From the NCBI GenBank assembly GCA_965279525.1, contig CBDIIB010000004.1, positions 608,001-672,000 on the forward strand: a stretch of DNA of 64,000 nt, given 5' to 3'. The first letter of the stretch is position 1, and each line of letters begins with the position of its first letter. This document shows, piece after piece, positions 1 to 11,118 of the stretch. The stretch comes from Tagaea sp. (lineage in GTDB: Bacteria; Pseudomonadota; Alphaproteobacteria; CACIAM-22H2). The notes under the pieces are model-generated. The model was given only the letters and a program-made list of their open reading frames with translations, was not told the DNA's origin and did no database searches. A program made the translations under genes and the position numbers.

Positions 1-1
1 A

Positions 2-766
2 ACCGGCAAAACCGAGATCGCCAAAGTGCTGGCCGCCGCTCTCGGCAGGCGCCTCATCCGGCTGCAATGCTACGAAGGGCTGGACGCGAGCACGGCCGTC
101 TACGAGTGGAACTACCCGCGCCAGATGATGGAGATCCGCCTCGCCGAAGCCGCCGGCACCAGCCGCCAGACGCTCGACGACGCGATCTTCTCCGAGCGCT
201 TCCTGATCCGCCGCCCGCTGCTCGAAGCGCTGTCGCCCGATCCCGCCGGCCCGCCGGTGCTGCTGATCGACGAGCTCGACCGCGCGGACGAGCCGTTCGA
301 GGCCTATTTGCTCGAAGTGCTCGGCGACTGGCAGGTGACGATTCCGGAACTGGGTACGATCAAGGCCCCCGCCCCGCCGCTCGCCATCGTCACGTCCAAC
401 CGCACGCGCGAGGTGCATGACGCGCTGAAGCGCCGCTGCTTCTACGCGTGGGTCGATTTCCCGACGGCCGAGCGCGAGCTTGCCATCGTGCGCACCAAAT
501 GCCCGGGCGTGGGCGAGGCGCTGTCGGCGCAGGTCGTGGCGTTCGTGCAGAAGCTGCGCGGCGAAGAACTGTTCAAGCTTCCCGGTGTCGCCGAAACGCT
601 CGACTGGACCAATGCGCTGGTGGCGCTGGACCGCATCGCACTCGACCCCGCCACGATCGACGACACGCTGGGCGCGTTGCTCAAATACCAGGACGACATC
701 GCCAAGATCCGCGGCACGACGGCGCTGAAGCTCCTGAAAGAGGTGGAGGCCGGAGCCGGCGCATGA
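2..766 (+). CDS. MoxR-family AAA+ ATPase, CoxD-like (5' truncated by window edge)
   Basis: Frame open from nt 2 (TGKTEIAKV, Walker A tail); RLQCYEGLD, Walker B LLIDELDRAD, TSNRTREVHDALKRRC. Confidence 0.9.
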   Translation, partial: TGKTEIAKVLAAALGRRLIRLQCYEGLDASTAVYEWNYPRQMMEIRLAEAAGTSRQTLDDAIFSERFLIRRPLLEALSPDPAGPPVLLIDELDRADEPFEAYLLEVLGDWQVTIPELGTIKAPAPPLAIVTSNRTREVHDALKRRCFYAWVDFPTAERELAIVRTKCPGVGEALSAQVVAFVQKLRGEELFKLPGVAETLDWTNALVALDRIALDPATIDDTLGALLKYQDDIAKIRGTTALKLLKEVEAGAGA

Positions 767-1974
767 GCGAGGCGGGAACGCTGCTGGAAAACGTCGTGCG
801 TTTCACGCGCCTGCTGCGCGCCGCCGGCCTGCCGGTCGGGCCGGGGCGCGGCATCGAGGCGGCGCGCGCGGTCGAGGCGGCGGGCCTGTCGAAAAAGGCG
901 GACCTCTATTGGGCGCTGCACGCCACGCTGGTCAACCGGCGCGAGCAGCGCGAGATCTTTGACCAGGCCTTCCGCCTGTTCTGGCGCGATCCCAAGCTGC
1001 TCGAACGCGCGATGGGCATGCTGCTGCCAAGTGCGGTCGATCCCGACGCCGACGAACCCAAGGACCCCACACTTCGCCGCGTGGCCGAAGCCTTCCACCG
1101 CCCGCCGCCGGCGGGAAGCGACGGCACGCCGGAAGACCGCACCGATTTCGACGCCGCGATGACGTGGTCGGACAGCGAGCTTCTGCAGAAGAAGGATTTC
1201 GAGCAGATGAGCGCCGAGGAGATGGCCGCCGCCACGCGCGCCCTCCAGCGTTTCGCCGCCCCCTTCCCCGAACGTGCCACGCGCCGTTTCCGCACCGGTT
1301 CCGGCGGAAGGCGGCTCGACCCGCGCGCCACGATGCGCGCGATGCTGCGCTCTGGCGGCGATCTGGTACACCTGCGCTTCAAGGAACGGCGCACCGAGCA
1401 TCCGCCGCTGGTGGTGCTGCTCGACATTTCCGGCTCGATGGAACGCTATGCGCGCGTTTTCCTGCATTTCGTCCATCTGCTGGTAAACGACCGCGAGCGC
1501 GTCCACGTCTTCCTGTTCGGCACGCGGCTGACCAACGTGACGCGCGCACTCCGCCGCAAGGACATCGATCTCGCACTCGCCAAGGTGAGCGAACTGGTCG
1601 ACGACTGGTCGGGCGGGACGCGCATCGGGGCCTGCCTGCACGAATTCAACTGGCAGTGGAGCCGGCGCGTGCTGGCGCGCAGCCCGACCGTGCTGCTGGT
1701 CACCGACGGGCTGGACCGCGAAGCCGGCCAGGGCCTGTCGCGCGAGGTCGAGCGGCTCGCGAAATCTTCCGGTCGGCTGGTCTGGCTCAACCCGCTCTTG
1801 CGCTTCAGCGGATTCCAGCCCAAATCTCTGGGTGTCCGGGCGATCCTGCCGCATGTCGACGAGTTCCGCCCCGTGCACAATCTCGCCAGCCTCGCCGGAC
1901 TCGTCGAGGCGCTGGCTGCCCCGCCGGGTCCGCGGCGCACGGGCCGCTTCGAATGGAAGGGAATGGCCGCATGA
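763..1974 (+). CDS. VWA-domain protein, CoxE-like
   Basis: ATGA overlap with the ATPase stop; MIDAS DISGSM, WSGGTRIG, VTDGLD, WLNPLL. Confidence 0.9.
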   Translation: MSEAGTLLENVVRFTRLLRAAGLPVGPGRGIEAARAVEAAGLSKKADLYWALHATLVNRREQREIFDQAFRLFWRDPKLLERAMGMLLPSAVDPDADEPKDPTLRRVAEAFHRPPPAGSDGTPEDRTDFDAAMTWSDSELLQKKDFEQMSAEEMAAATRALQRFAAPFPERATRRFRTGSGGRRLDPRATMRAMLRSGGDLVHLRFKERRTEHPPLVVLLDISGSMERYARVFLHFVHLLVNDRERVHVFLFGTRLTNVTRALRRKDIDLALAKVSELVDDWSGGTRIGACLHEFNWQWSRRVLARSPTVLLVTDGLDREAGQGLSREVERLAKSSGRLVWLNPLLRFSGFQPKSLGVRAILPHVDEFRPVHNLASLAGLVEALAAPPGPRRTGRFEWKGMAA

Positions 1975-2285
1975 GCGACGATGTTCTCGACCAGGCCGCC
2001 GGCTGGCGCAAGGAAGGCCGCAAGGTCGCCCTCGCCACCGTCGTCACCACATGGGGCTCTTCGCCCCGGCCCGTCGGCTCGCAGCTTGCCGTCGACGGTG
2101 CGGGCAAGTTCGTCGGCTCGGTTTCCGGCGGCTGCATCGAAGGTGCGGTCATCAAGGAAGCGCTCGACGCGATCGGCAACGGCCGTCCGCGCCTGCTCGA
2201 TTTCGGCGTGACGAACGAGCAGGCCTGGGACGTCGGCCTCGCTTGCGGCGGCAAGGTGCAGGTCTATGTCGAGAGGCTCGACTAG
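1971..2285 (+). CDS. XdhC/CoxF family, N-terminal part (split gene)
   Basis: ATGA overlap; ALATVVTTWGSSPRPVGS, GSVSGGCIEG, GLACGG. Confidence 0.9.
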   Translation: MSDDVLDQAAGWRKEGRKVALATVVTTWGSSPRPVGSQLAVDGAGKFVGSVSGGCIEGAVIKEALDAIGNGRPRLLDFGVTNEQAWDVGLACGGKVQVYVERLD

Positions 2286-2288
2286 GCC

Positions 2289-2981
2289 ATGAAGCCTGAG
2301 ATTTTCGAATCGCTCCAGAAGGCACGCGCCGCCAAGCGGCCGGTGGCCCTCGCCACGAACCTGAAGTCCGGCGCCCAGAAACTGATCTTCGAGACCGAGA
2401 GCGAAGGGCCGCTGTGCCTCGACGTCGACATGCTGGCCGGTGCCGCCGACATGATCAGGCGCGACGAGAGCGGCACGCTCCAGACCGGGGCCGGTCCGGT
2501 CTTCATCCATGCCTTCAATCCGCCGCCGCGCATGATCGTGGTGGGAGCCGTTCACATCGCCGAGCCCTTGGCGCGCATCGCCACGCTGGCCGGCTACGGC
2601 ACCACGCTCGTCGATCCGCGCCGTGCCTTCGCCGCCTCGCAGAAATTCGACGGCTACGAGGTCTCGACCGACTGGCCGGACGAGGCGATGGCGGTGTTGA
2701 AGCCCGACGTGCGGACCGCGATCGTCACGCTGACGCACGATCCCAAGATCGACGACCCGGCCCTTGAAGCCGCCTTGAATTCGCCCGCGTTCTATATCGG
2801 TGCGCTCGGTTCGCGCAAGACGCACGCCGCCCGCCTCGAACGGCTGAAGGCACGCGGCTTTACCGACGCCCAGCTTGCGCGCATCCATGGGCCCGTCGGG
2901 CTTGCCATCGGTGCCCTGTCGCCGGCCGAGATCGCGGTTTCGATCGTCGCCGAGATCACCAAGATCCGACGCGGGGAATGA
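2289..2981 (+). CDS. XdhC/CoxI family, C-terminal Rossmann part (split gene)
   Basis: VVGAVHIA, LTHDPKID, YIGALGSRKT, GPVGLAIGALSPAEIAVSI. Confidence 0.9.
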   Translation: MKPEIFESLQKARAAKRPVALATNLKSGAQKLIFETESEGPLCLDVDMLAGAADMIRRDESGTLQTGAGPVFIHAFNPPPRMIVVGAVHIAEPLARIATLAGYGTTLVDPRRAFAASQKFDGYEVSTDWPDEAMAVLKPDVRTAIVTLTHDPKIDDPALEAALNSPAFYIGALGSRKTHAARLERLKARGFTDAQLARIHGPVGLAIGALSPAEIAVSIVAEITKIRRGE

Positions 2982-2985
2982 CCAG

Positions 2986-4601
<1,616 letters not shown>

Positions 4602-4605
<4 letters not shown>

Positions 4606-5798
4606 GTTCCGCGTATCGCCGCCAGTTCCCGATCCTGGGCGACGGGATCGCGTATCTCGACAGTGCGGCAAGCGCGCAGACGCCGTTCGGCGTGCTGGGA
4701 GCGGTGCGCGACTTCGAGACCGCCAAGCGCGCCAACGTCAAGCGCGGCGTCCACCGGCTGGCCGAAGCAGCGACGGAAGCCTACGCGCAGGCGCGCGAGC
4801 GGGTCGCTTCGTATCTTTCGGTACCTGCCGACGAGATCGTGTTCACCGGCGGCACGACGGGGTCGATCAATCTTGTGGCGCATTCGTTCGGCGCGATGCT
4901 GGCACCGGGCGACGAGATCGTGTTGAGCGGTCTCGAGCATCATTCCAACCTCGTGCCCTGGCAGATGCTTGCGGCGCGAAGCGGCGTCGTTCTCAAGTTC
5001 CTTCCCGTCACCGACGAAGGCCGCATCGACGTGGCGGCCCTGCCAGCACTCATCGGCCCGCGCACGAAACTCGTGGCGCTGGCACACGTGTCGAACGTGA
5101 CGGGCGCGGTGCTCGATCCGGCCCCGGTCGTCGCGGCCGCGAAGGCGCTCGGGGCGCGCGTGCTGCTCGACGGCGCGCAGCGTGTACCCCACGGGCCGGT
5201 CGACATCCCTGCCCTCGGCGTCGATTTCTATGCCTTCAGCGGCCACAAGCTGTTCGCACCGCACGGCATCGGCGTGCTGTGGGCGAAGGGCGAACTGCTC
5301 GACGCGATGCCGCCGTTCCTTGGCGGGGGCGAGATGATCGCGCGCGTCGAGCTATCCGGCAGCACATGGGCCAAGCCCCCGGCGAAATTCGAGGCGGGCA
5401 CGCCGCCCATCGGGGCCGCCGTCGGGCTTGGGGCCGCGTGCGACTGGCTGGCGGGCCTCCCGTGGCCGGCGATCGCGGCGGAAGAATCGCGCCTTGCCCA
5501 GCGCCTGCTCGACGGATTGCAGGCCACACCGGGCATCCGCATCCTCGGGCCCTCGGGCCTGCAGGGGCGCGCCCCGGTCGTGTCGTTCGACCTGGCGGGC
5601 GCGCATCCGCACGACGTGTGCCAGATCATGGATGGCAAGGGTGTGGCACTGCGCGGCGGGCACCATTGCGCGCAGCCGCTGCATGCGCGCTTCGACCTTG
5701 CCGGCACGACGCGCGCCTCGCTTGCCCTCTACAGCGACGATTCCGACATCGACCGCTTCTTCGAGGGTCTCGCCGAAGCACGGCGCGTGCTGCTGTGA
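4602..5798 (+). CDS. Group II cysteine desulfurase, SufS-like
   Basis: GTGA overlap; YLDSAASAQ, EHHSNLVPWQ, PLP lysine FSGHK, catalytic RGGHHCAQP. Confidence 0.92.
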
Positions 5799-6196
5799 GC
5801 GAAGCGCTCTATCACGACGCGATCCTGGCACGCGCCAAGGACACCGCGCGCGAAGGCCGGCTCGACGCACCCGACCGCACCGCCACGCTCGACAATCCGC
5901 TGTGCGGCGACCGGGTGACGCTGGATTTCGCGCTTTCGGGCGAGCGCATCGAAAAGGTCCGCCATTTCGTGCGCGGCTGCGCGCTGTGCCGTGCTTCGGC
6001 CGCCACGCTTGCCGCCGCCCTCGAAGGCGGCACGAAGGCGGCGATCGGCACGGCTGCCGGCGAGCTCGATGCCATTCTCGCCGGTACCGCCGACGGGACC
6101 GGCTGGCAGGTCTTCGCCCCCGTCGGCCGGCACAAGAGCCGTCACGACTGCGTGCGCCTGCCGCTTGCCGCCGCGAAGGCCGCCTTCGAGGCTTGA
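5795..6196 (+). CDS. SufU/NifU_N-like sulfur-transfer or scaffold protein
   Basis: GTGA overlap; LYHDAIL, NPLCGDRV, GCALCRASA, RHDCVRLP. Confidence 0.88.
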   Translation: MSEALYHDAILARAKDTAREGRLDAPDRTATLDNPLCGDRVTLDFALSGERIEKVRHFVRGCALCRASAATLAAALEGGTKAAIGTAAGELDAILAGTADGTGWQVFAPVGRHKSRHDCVRLPLAAAKAAFEA

Positions 6197-6252
6197 TTTG
6201 CCCGTCCGACCCCGGTACAAGCAGCCCGCTTTCGATGCCGGCAACGGCCGAC

Positions 6253-6328
6253 GTTCCCTTCGTCTAGAGGCCTAGGACACCACCCTTTCACGGTGGATAC
6301 AGGGGTTCGAATCCCCTAGGGAACGCCA
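6253..6328 (+). tRNA. tRNA-Glu (anticodon TTC)
   Basis: Acceptor stem GTTCCCT/AGGGAAC, anticodon arm CCACC-CTTTCAC-GGTGG, T arm AGGGGTTCGAATCCCCT, encoded CCA; 76 nt. Confidence 0.98.
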
Positions 6329-6385
6329 TTATTCCAGATGGTTAACTAGTTATCCTGATGTACCGCTCAAGGTAGGGCGGCAGCA

Positions 6386-6417
6386 CCGGCCGGAGCGAAT
6401 CCGGCGGGCCGTTTTTC
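6386..6417 (+). terminator. Possible weak intrinsic terminator after the tRNA
   Basis: GCCGGA-GCGAA-TCCGGC hairpin followed shortly by GTTTTT. Confidence 0.4.
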
Positions 6418-6420
6418 AGG

Positions 6421-6999
6421 ATGGCAACCGGGCGCCGATTGACCGAAGCTGAAGGCGCCGAATTGGGTCGTGCTGACCCGGCCCGCGGAGCGATGCAAGC
6501 CAACTTCCGACCCATCGAATCCGGCATGCGCCCGTACGACGACGCCGAACCGGTCCTGTCAGCCATGTACGATTTTTGGCTCTCGAAATGCCGCGGCGGG
6601 CGCCTGCCGGGCCGGCGCGACATGGACATGGTCGAGATCCCGCGCGCCATGCTGCCGCTGATGATGATGCTCGACGTCGAGAAGAAGGCCGGTGCCGCCG
6701 GCCGCCGCTTCCGCTATCGGCTGATCGGAACGCAGATCGCGCAGTATGCCGGACGGGATTTCACCGGCCACTATCTCGACGAGGTGATCCCGCCCGAGCG
6801 CGCCGTCGAGCTCGTTGCCAGCATCAACGCGACGATCGACACGCGGCTGCCCAACACGCTCGCGTCGCCCTACGCTTTCCCGAACCGCGACTTCAACCAT
6901 GTCCGGCGCCTTTTCCTGCCGCTCGCGACGGACGGCACGCAGGTCGACATCGTGATCAACTGCTTCTCGTTCAAGAGTGTCCCCGAGCCGACACGATGA
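6421..6999 (+). CDS. Stand-alone PAS_5-type domain protein (start uncertain; ATG 6493 possible)
   Basis: YDFW...GRLPGRRDMD, FRYRLIGT, GRDFTG, RLFLPLATDG. Confidence 0.8.
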   Translation: MATGRRLTEAEGAELGRADPARGAMQANFRPIESGMRPYDDAEPVLSAMYDFWLSKCRGGRLPGRRDMDMVEIPRAMLPLMMMLDVEKKAGAAGRRFRYRLIGTQIAQYAGRDFTGHYLDEVIPPERAVELVASINATIDTRLPNTLASPYAFPNRDFNHVRRLFLPLATDGTQVDIVINCFSFKSVPEPTR

Positions 7000-8207
7000 A
7001 GCCCGCGAACATCCTGTTCCTTCATCAGAACTTTCCGGGCCAATACCGGCAACTCGCCCCGGCGCTTGCCGCGCGCGGCCATCGTGTGCGCGCCCTGTCG
7101 ATCCGCCGGAACCCGCCGCTGGAGGGTGTCGTGTCGGAGACCTACGCGCCCACGCGCGGCACGACGCGCGAAGCACACCCGTGGGCGCAGGACTTCGAGA
7201 CCAAGATCCTGCGCGGCGAGGCGTGCGCGCAGGCGATCGGCCGGCTGGCCGGCGGCGGCTTCGTGCCCGACATCGTGTGCGCCAACCCCGGCTGGGGCGA
7301 GGCGATGTTCGTCAAGGACGTGCTGCCCGACGCGCGCCTGCATCTCTATCTCGAGTTTTTCTATCCCACGCGCGGCGGCGACACCGGATTCGACCCCGAA
7401 TTCGCGCCCGACAGCGTGGGGGCACGCGCGCACGCGCGCTCCAAGCGGGCTTCCCAGCTCGTGTCGCTCGACGCGATGGACAGCGCCGTCGCCCCGATGC
7501 GCTGGCAGCGCGACACGTTCCCGGCCGCCTATCGCGACCGCATCGAGGTGTGCTTCGACGGCGTGGATACCGGCATCGTCCGGCCCGACGCGGCGGCAGT
7601 CCTCGAACACGACGGGCACACGTTCCGCGCCGGCGACCCGATCGTCACGTTCGTCAGCCGCAATCTCGAGCCCTATCGCGGCTACCACGTGTTCATGCGC
7701 GCCTTGCCGCGCCTGCTGGCGGAAATGCCCGACGCGCGCGTGCTGGTCGTCGGCGGCGACGGCGTCAGCTACGGGGCGGCACCCAAGGACGGCATCTCGT
7801 ATCGCAAGCGGTTCTTCGACGAGGTTGCCGGCCGCATCGACGTATCCCGCGTCCATTTCCTCGGCACCGTGCCCTACCCGACCTTCCTGCGCGTGCTGCA
7901 GGTGTCGGCCGCACATGTCTACCTCACCTATCCGTTCGTGCTGTCGTGGTCGATGGTCGAGGCGATGGCCGCCGGCTGCCTCGTCGTCGGCTCGCGCACG
8001 GGGCCGGTCGAGGAAGTGATCCGCGACGGCGAGAACGGCCGGCTCGTCGGTTTCTTCGATGCCGATGCGCTCGCCGGCACGCTGGCGAAAGTGCTGCGCG
8101 ATCCGGCTTCCCAGCGCGGCCTGCGCGCCAACGCCCGCAAGACGGTCGTGGAGAATTACGATCTCGCCGCCTGCCTCAAGCGACAGGTGGCGCTGGTCGA
8201 AGCCTGA
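6996..8207 (+). CDS. Glycosyltransferase family 4, ExpC/WgcA-like subfamily
   Basis: ATGA overlap; FLHQNFPGQY, ANPGWGE, RNLEPYRGYH, YLTYPFVLSWSMVEAMAAG. Confidence 0.92.
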   Translation: MKPANILFLHQNFPGQYRQLAPALAARGHRVRALSIRRNPPLEGVVSETYAPTRGTTREAHPWAQDFETKILRGEACAQAIGRLAGGGFVPDIVCANPGWGEAMFVKDVLPDARLHLYLEFFYPTRGGDTGFDPEFAPDSVGARAHARSKRASQLVSLDAMDSAVAPMRWQRDTFPAAYRDRIEVCFDGVDTGIVRPDAAAVLEHDGHTFRAGDPIVTFVSRNLEPYRGYHVFMRALPRLLAEMPDARVLVVGGDGVSYGAAPKDGISYRKRFFDEVAGRIDVSRVHFLGTVPYPTFLRVLQVSAAHVYLTYPFVLSWSMVEAMAAGCLVVGSRTGPVEEVIRDGENGRLVGFFDADALAGTLAKVLRDPASQRGLRANARKTVVENYDLAACLKRQVALVEA

Positions 8208-8211
8208 GGGA

Positions 8212-8943
8212 TCAGCCCCAGACGGGCGGCGGCGGGATGCTCGCCACGAGGCTCGACAGGCCGTCGGAGTAGCGCTTGCGCAGTTCCATCCAGTAGGGAT
8301 CGTCCTTCTCGAGCGTGGCGAAGTTCTTCGCCGAGAAGCTGCCGGCGGCATAGCGCAAGAGGTCGATCGGCGCGTCGACCGATAGATTGCTTCGCATCGT
8401 GGCGTCGAAGGACAGCAGCGAGAGCTTCGCCGCCTCGTCGAGCGTGCTGGTCCCGGTGAGTGCCCGGTCGAGGATCGGCTTGCCATACTTGGTCTCGCCA
8501 AGCTGCAGGAAACGCGAACGGTCCGACGCCTCGACGAAGTTGCCGGCCGAATAGATGTGGAACAGGCGCGGCGGCTCGCCGGCGATCTGGCCGCCGACGA
8601 GGAAGTTGCCGTTGGGATCGCCGAAGGGCTGGACGAAACTTCCGTCGCGCCCGATCACCTCGCGCAGCTTCGCGCCGACCATCATCGCCACGTCGAACAT
8701 CGTGTTGGCGCCATGGAGATCCTGGCCGTAGAGGCCGGTACCCGCCGTCTCGCGGAACGCGCTGACGACGGCCTGGGTGGTGGCGAGGTTTCCCGCCGAC
8801 AGGATCGCGATGATGCGCTGGCCGGGAACCTCGAAGATGGCGAGCTTCTTGACCAGTGCGACCTGATCGACGCCGGCGTTCGAACGCGAGTCGGATGCGA
8901 GCACCAGCCCCGCCGGCAGCAGGATCCCAAGGCAATACGTCAT
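8212..8943 (-). CDS. Proteasome-type (Anbu-like) Ntn peptidase
   Basis: MTYCLG (N-terminal Thr), SDSRSNAGVD, AGNLATTQ, GETKYGKPILDR, RSNLSV. Confidence 0.9.
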   Translation of the reverse strand: MTYCLGILLPAGLVLASDSRSNAGVDQVALVKKLAIFEVPGQRIIAILSAGNLATTQAVVSAFRETAGTGLYGQDLHGANTMFDVAMMVGAKLREVIGRDGSFVQPFGDPNGNFLVGGQIAGEPPRLFHIYSAGNFVEASDRSRFLQLGETKYGKPILDRALTGTSTLDEAAKLSLLSFDATMRSNLSVDAPIDLLRYAAGSFSAKNFATLEKDDPYWMELRKRYSDGLSSLVASIPPPPVWG

Positions 8944-9044
8944 CGTTTTCCCCCAATGGTCCGGCTTGGTGCCGGTTCACCCAAGCATCGACTTTGGCGG
9001 CGGAAGCTGCAAGTCTTGTCGTGGCTTAGGGCGGAGGTAACGGC

Positions 9045-9977
9045 GTGACGCGCAAACACGATCTGGCGGGCCTCGTCGCGTCCGTGCGCGAAGACATCGC
9101 ACCGCAGTTCGGCAGTGGAAAAGTCGCCGACTATATCCCGGCCCTCGCCCGCGTCGATCCGCGCCATTTCGGCATCGCGATCTCGACCTGCGACGGCGAG
9201 ACCGCAGCGGCAGGGGATGCGGAAGTTCCGTTCTCGATCCAGAGCGTGTCCAAGGTGTTCACGCTGACGCTGGCGCTCGGCCGCGTGGGCGACGCGCTGT
9301 GGCGCCGGGTCGGGCGCGAGCCGTCGGGGTCGCCCTTCAATTCGATCGTCCAGCTCGAACGCGAACAGGGCATCCCGCGCAACCCGCTGATCAATGCCGG
9401 TGCGCTCGTGGTCACCGACGCGATCCTCGCCGGGCGACGGCCGGAAATCGCGGTTGCCGAGATCCTGACGTATCTGCGCGAGCTGGCAGACGATGCCAGC
9501 GTCAGCGTCGACCGCGAGGTCGCACGCTCGGAAGCCGAGACGGGCTTCCGCAACGCCAGCCTTGCCAACTTCATCCGCGCCTTCGGCAACATCGCGAACC
9601 CCGTGGGCAACGTGCTGGAAACCTATTTCAACCAGTGCGCGCTCGCGATGAACTGCCGCCAGCTCGCCCACGCCGGGCTGTTCCTGGCCAATGGCGGGAT
9701 CGATCCGATCGGCGGCCAGCGCGTCGTCGGACCGGACGAGGCCAGGCGCATCAACGCGATCATGATGACGTGCGGCCACTACGACGCGTCGGGCGACTTC
9801 GCGTTCCGTGTCGGCCTGCCGGGCAAGAGCGGCGTGGGCGGCGGCATCCTTGCCATCGCCCCGCGCCGGGCATCGATCGCGGTCTGGGCGCCGGGTCTCA
9901 ACGCGTCGGGGAATTCGCTGGTGGGGGCGCTGGCGCTGGAAAGCCTGTCGCGGCGCACGGGCTGGTCGGTCTTCTAG
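9045..9977 (+). CDS. glsA: Glutaminase
   Basis: [45 protein letters not shown]; GGAGG RBS before GTG. Confidence 0.95.
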   Translation: MTRKHDLAGLVASVREDIAPQFGSGKVADYIPALARVDPRHFGIAISTCDGETAAAGDAEVPFSIQSVSKVFTLTLALGRVGDALWRRVGREPSGSPFNSIVQLEREQGIPRNPLINAGALVVTDAILAGRRPEIAVAEILTYLRELADDASVSVDREVARSEAETGFRNASLANFIRAFGNIANPVGNVLETYFNQCALAMNCRQLAHAGLFLANGGIDPIGGQRVVGPDEARRINAIMMTCGHYDASGDFAFRVGLPGKSGVGGGILAIAPRRASIAVWAPGLNASGNSLVGALALESLSRRTGWSVF

Positions 9978-10005
9978 TTCTCGACCGGCAGGCGTTCATG
10001 TGCGT

Positions 10006-10881
10006 TCAAAGGATATCCACGCAGCCGAGCACGGCCTGCACGCCCGAAGCGTCGCCGAAGGGAAGCAGCAGCCGGCGATACCGCAGCAACAGAAATCCCT
10101 CAATCCCCTTGACGGACCGGTAATGCGGCACGCGCTGGCCCAGCACGCGCTCATAGGCCGGCATCGCGTAGCGCCGGTGCAGGTAGGACTGCTCGTCGAC
10201 ATGCTCGCCGGTCGGATCGCGGGCGAACTTCGCTAGGATGTCGGCGCCGACATACGAGTATCGCAGCCTCGAGGCCGGCGGCACGACGTCGACGACGAAG
10301 ACCGTGCGGTCGAAGGGTGCCTGCCGCTCGATGCCCCAGCCCTTCAGCATCGCGGGCGGCGGCATCGTGCCGTCGGTGCGCCCGATGCGCCAGATGTCGA
10401 AGACGGCCTGCATGCGCTCGGAAGCCTCGCGCCGGAACGCGGTGCCTTCCTCGGTGCGCAGCCAGATGCGGTTGGCGTAGCCCGGATCGCGCTGGAGGGT
10501 GGCCGTGAGCTTTTCGAGAAGCTGGGCTGGCGACAGCGGCTTGACGACATAGGCCGAGATTTCCCGCGCGCGTGCCTCGGCGACCGCGCGTTCGCGCGCG
10601 TCGCCGGTCACGAGCAGGAACGGCACGTCCGGGTCGATCGCGCGGATTGCCTCGAACAGTTCGAAGCCGTTGCGCTTGGGCATGTGCAGGTCCGACACGA
10701 CGATGTCGATCTTCGCCATGCCGGACGCGAAGATCGCTAGTGCCTCCGCGCCGTCGGCCGCAAGCAGCACGTTGCCGATGCCGATCCCTTCGAGAATCTT
10801 GCGGATCAGGGTCCGGGCGAAGGCATCGTCGTCGGCGACCAGCACGACCAGGTCGGGGGGAAACGTATCGGGCAGCCGCAT
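10006..10881 (-). CDS. Response regulator: REC domain plus C-terminal PAS_5-like domain
   Basis: VLVADDD, VSDLHMPKRNG, LVTG, VVKP; C-terminal W...MP...LRYSYVG...DPTG...YRRLLLPF. Confidence 0.8.
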   Translation of the reverse strand: MRLPDTFPPDLVVLVADDDAFARTLIRKILEGIGIGNVLLAADGAEALAIFASGMAKIDIVVSDLHMPKRNGFELFEAIRAIDPDVPFLLVTGDARERAVAEARAREISAYVVKPLSPAQLLEKLTATLQRDPGYANRIWLRTEEGTAFRREASERMQAVFDIWRIGRTDGTMPPPAMLKGWGIERQAPFDRTVFVVDVVPPASRLRYSYVGADILAKFARDPTGEHVDEQSYLHRRYAMPAYERVLGQRVPHYRSVKGIEGFLLLRYRRLLLPFGDASGVQAVLGCVDIL

Positions 10882-10929
10882 TTGCCCACTCTTGCCAGCG
10901 CCCGGTCCGGGATTCAACCGCCCGTCCGG

Positions 10930-11067
10930 TAACGCGGAAATGCACTATCGAAATAGCATTAAAAGTTAGCCTTAAATAATTGTTTTGTATTATAAAAATC
11001 TTAGTTAAGTCAGCAAACAACTCAAATTTTAGGGAACCTTTAACTTTATTGCTTTAGTTAATTGTAG
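10930..11067. promoter_or_regulatory. AT-rich divergent promoter region with a CtrA-like box TTAG-N7-TTAAC (11029-11044)
   Basis: Sharp AT enrichment between the regulator and the T1SS; one mismatch to TTAA-N7-TTAAC. Confidence 0.55.
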
Positions 11068-11118
11068 TTGGAATCGTGGGGCCGAAGTCAGGTCCCGCGC
11101 ATTCCGGGAGTCCGCGAA

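Noticed and set aside
11030-11037. TAGGGAAC matching the tRNA-Glu 3' end as an attR
   Set aside because: Only 8 bp, about one chance hit expected per 64 kb; no integrase.
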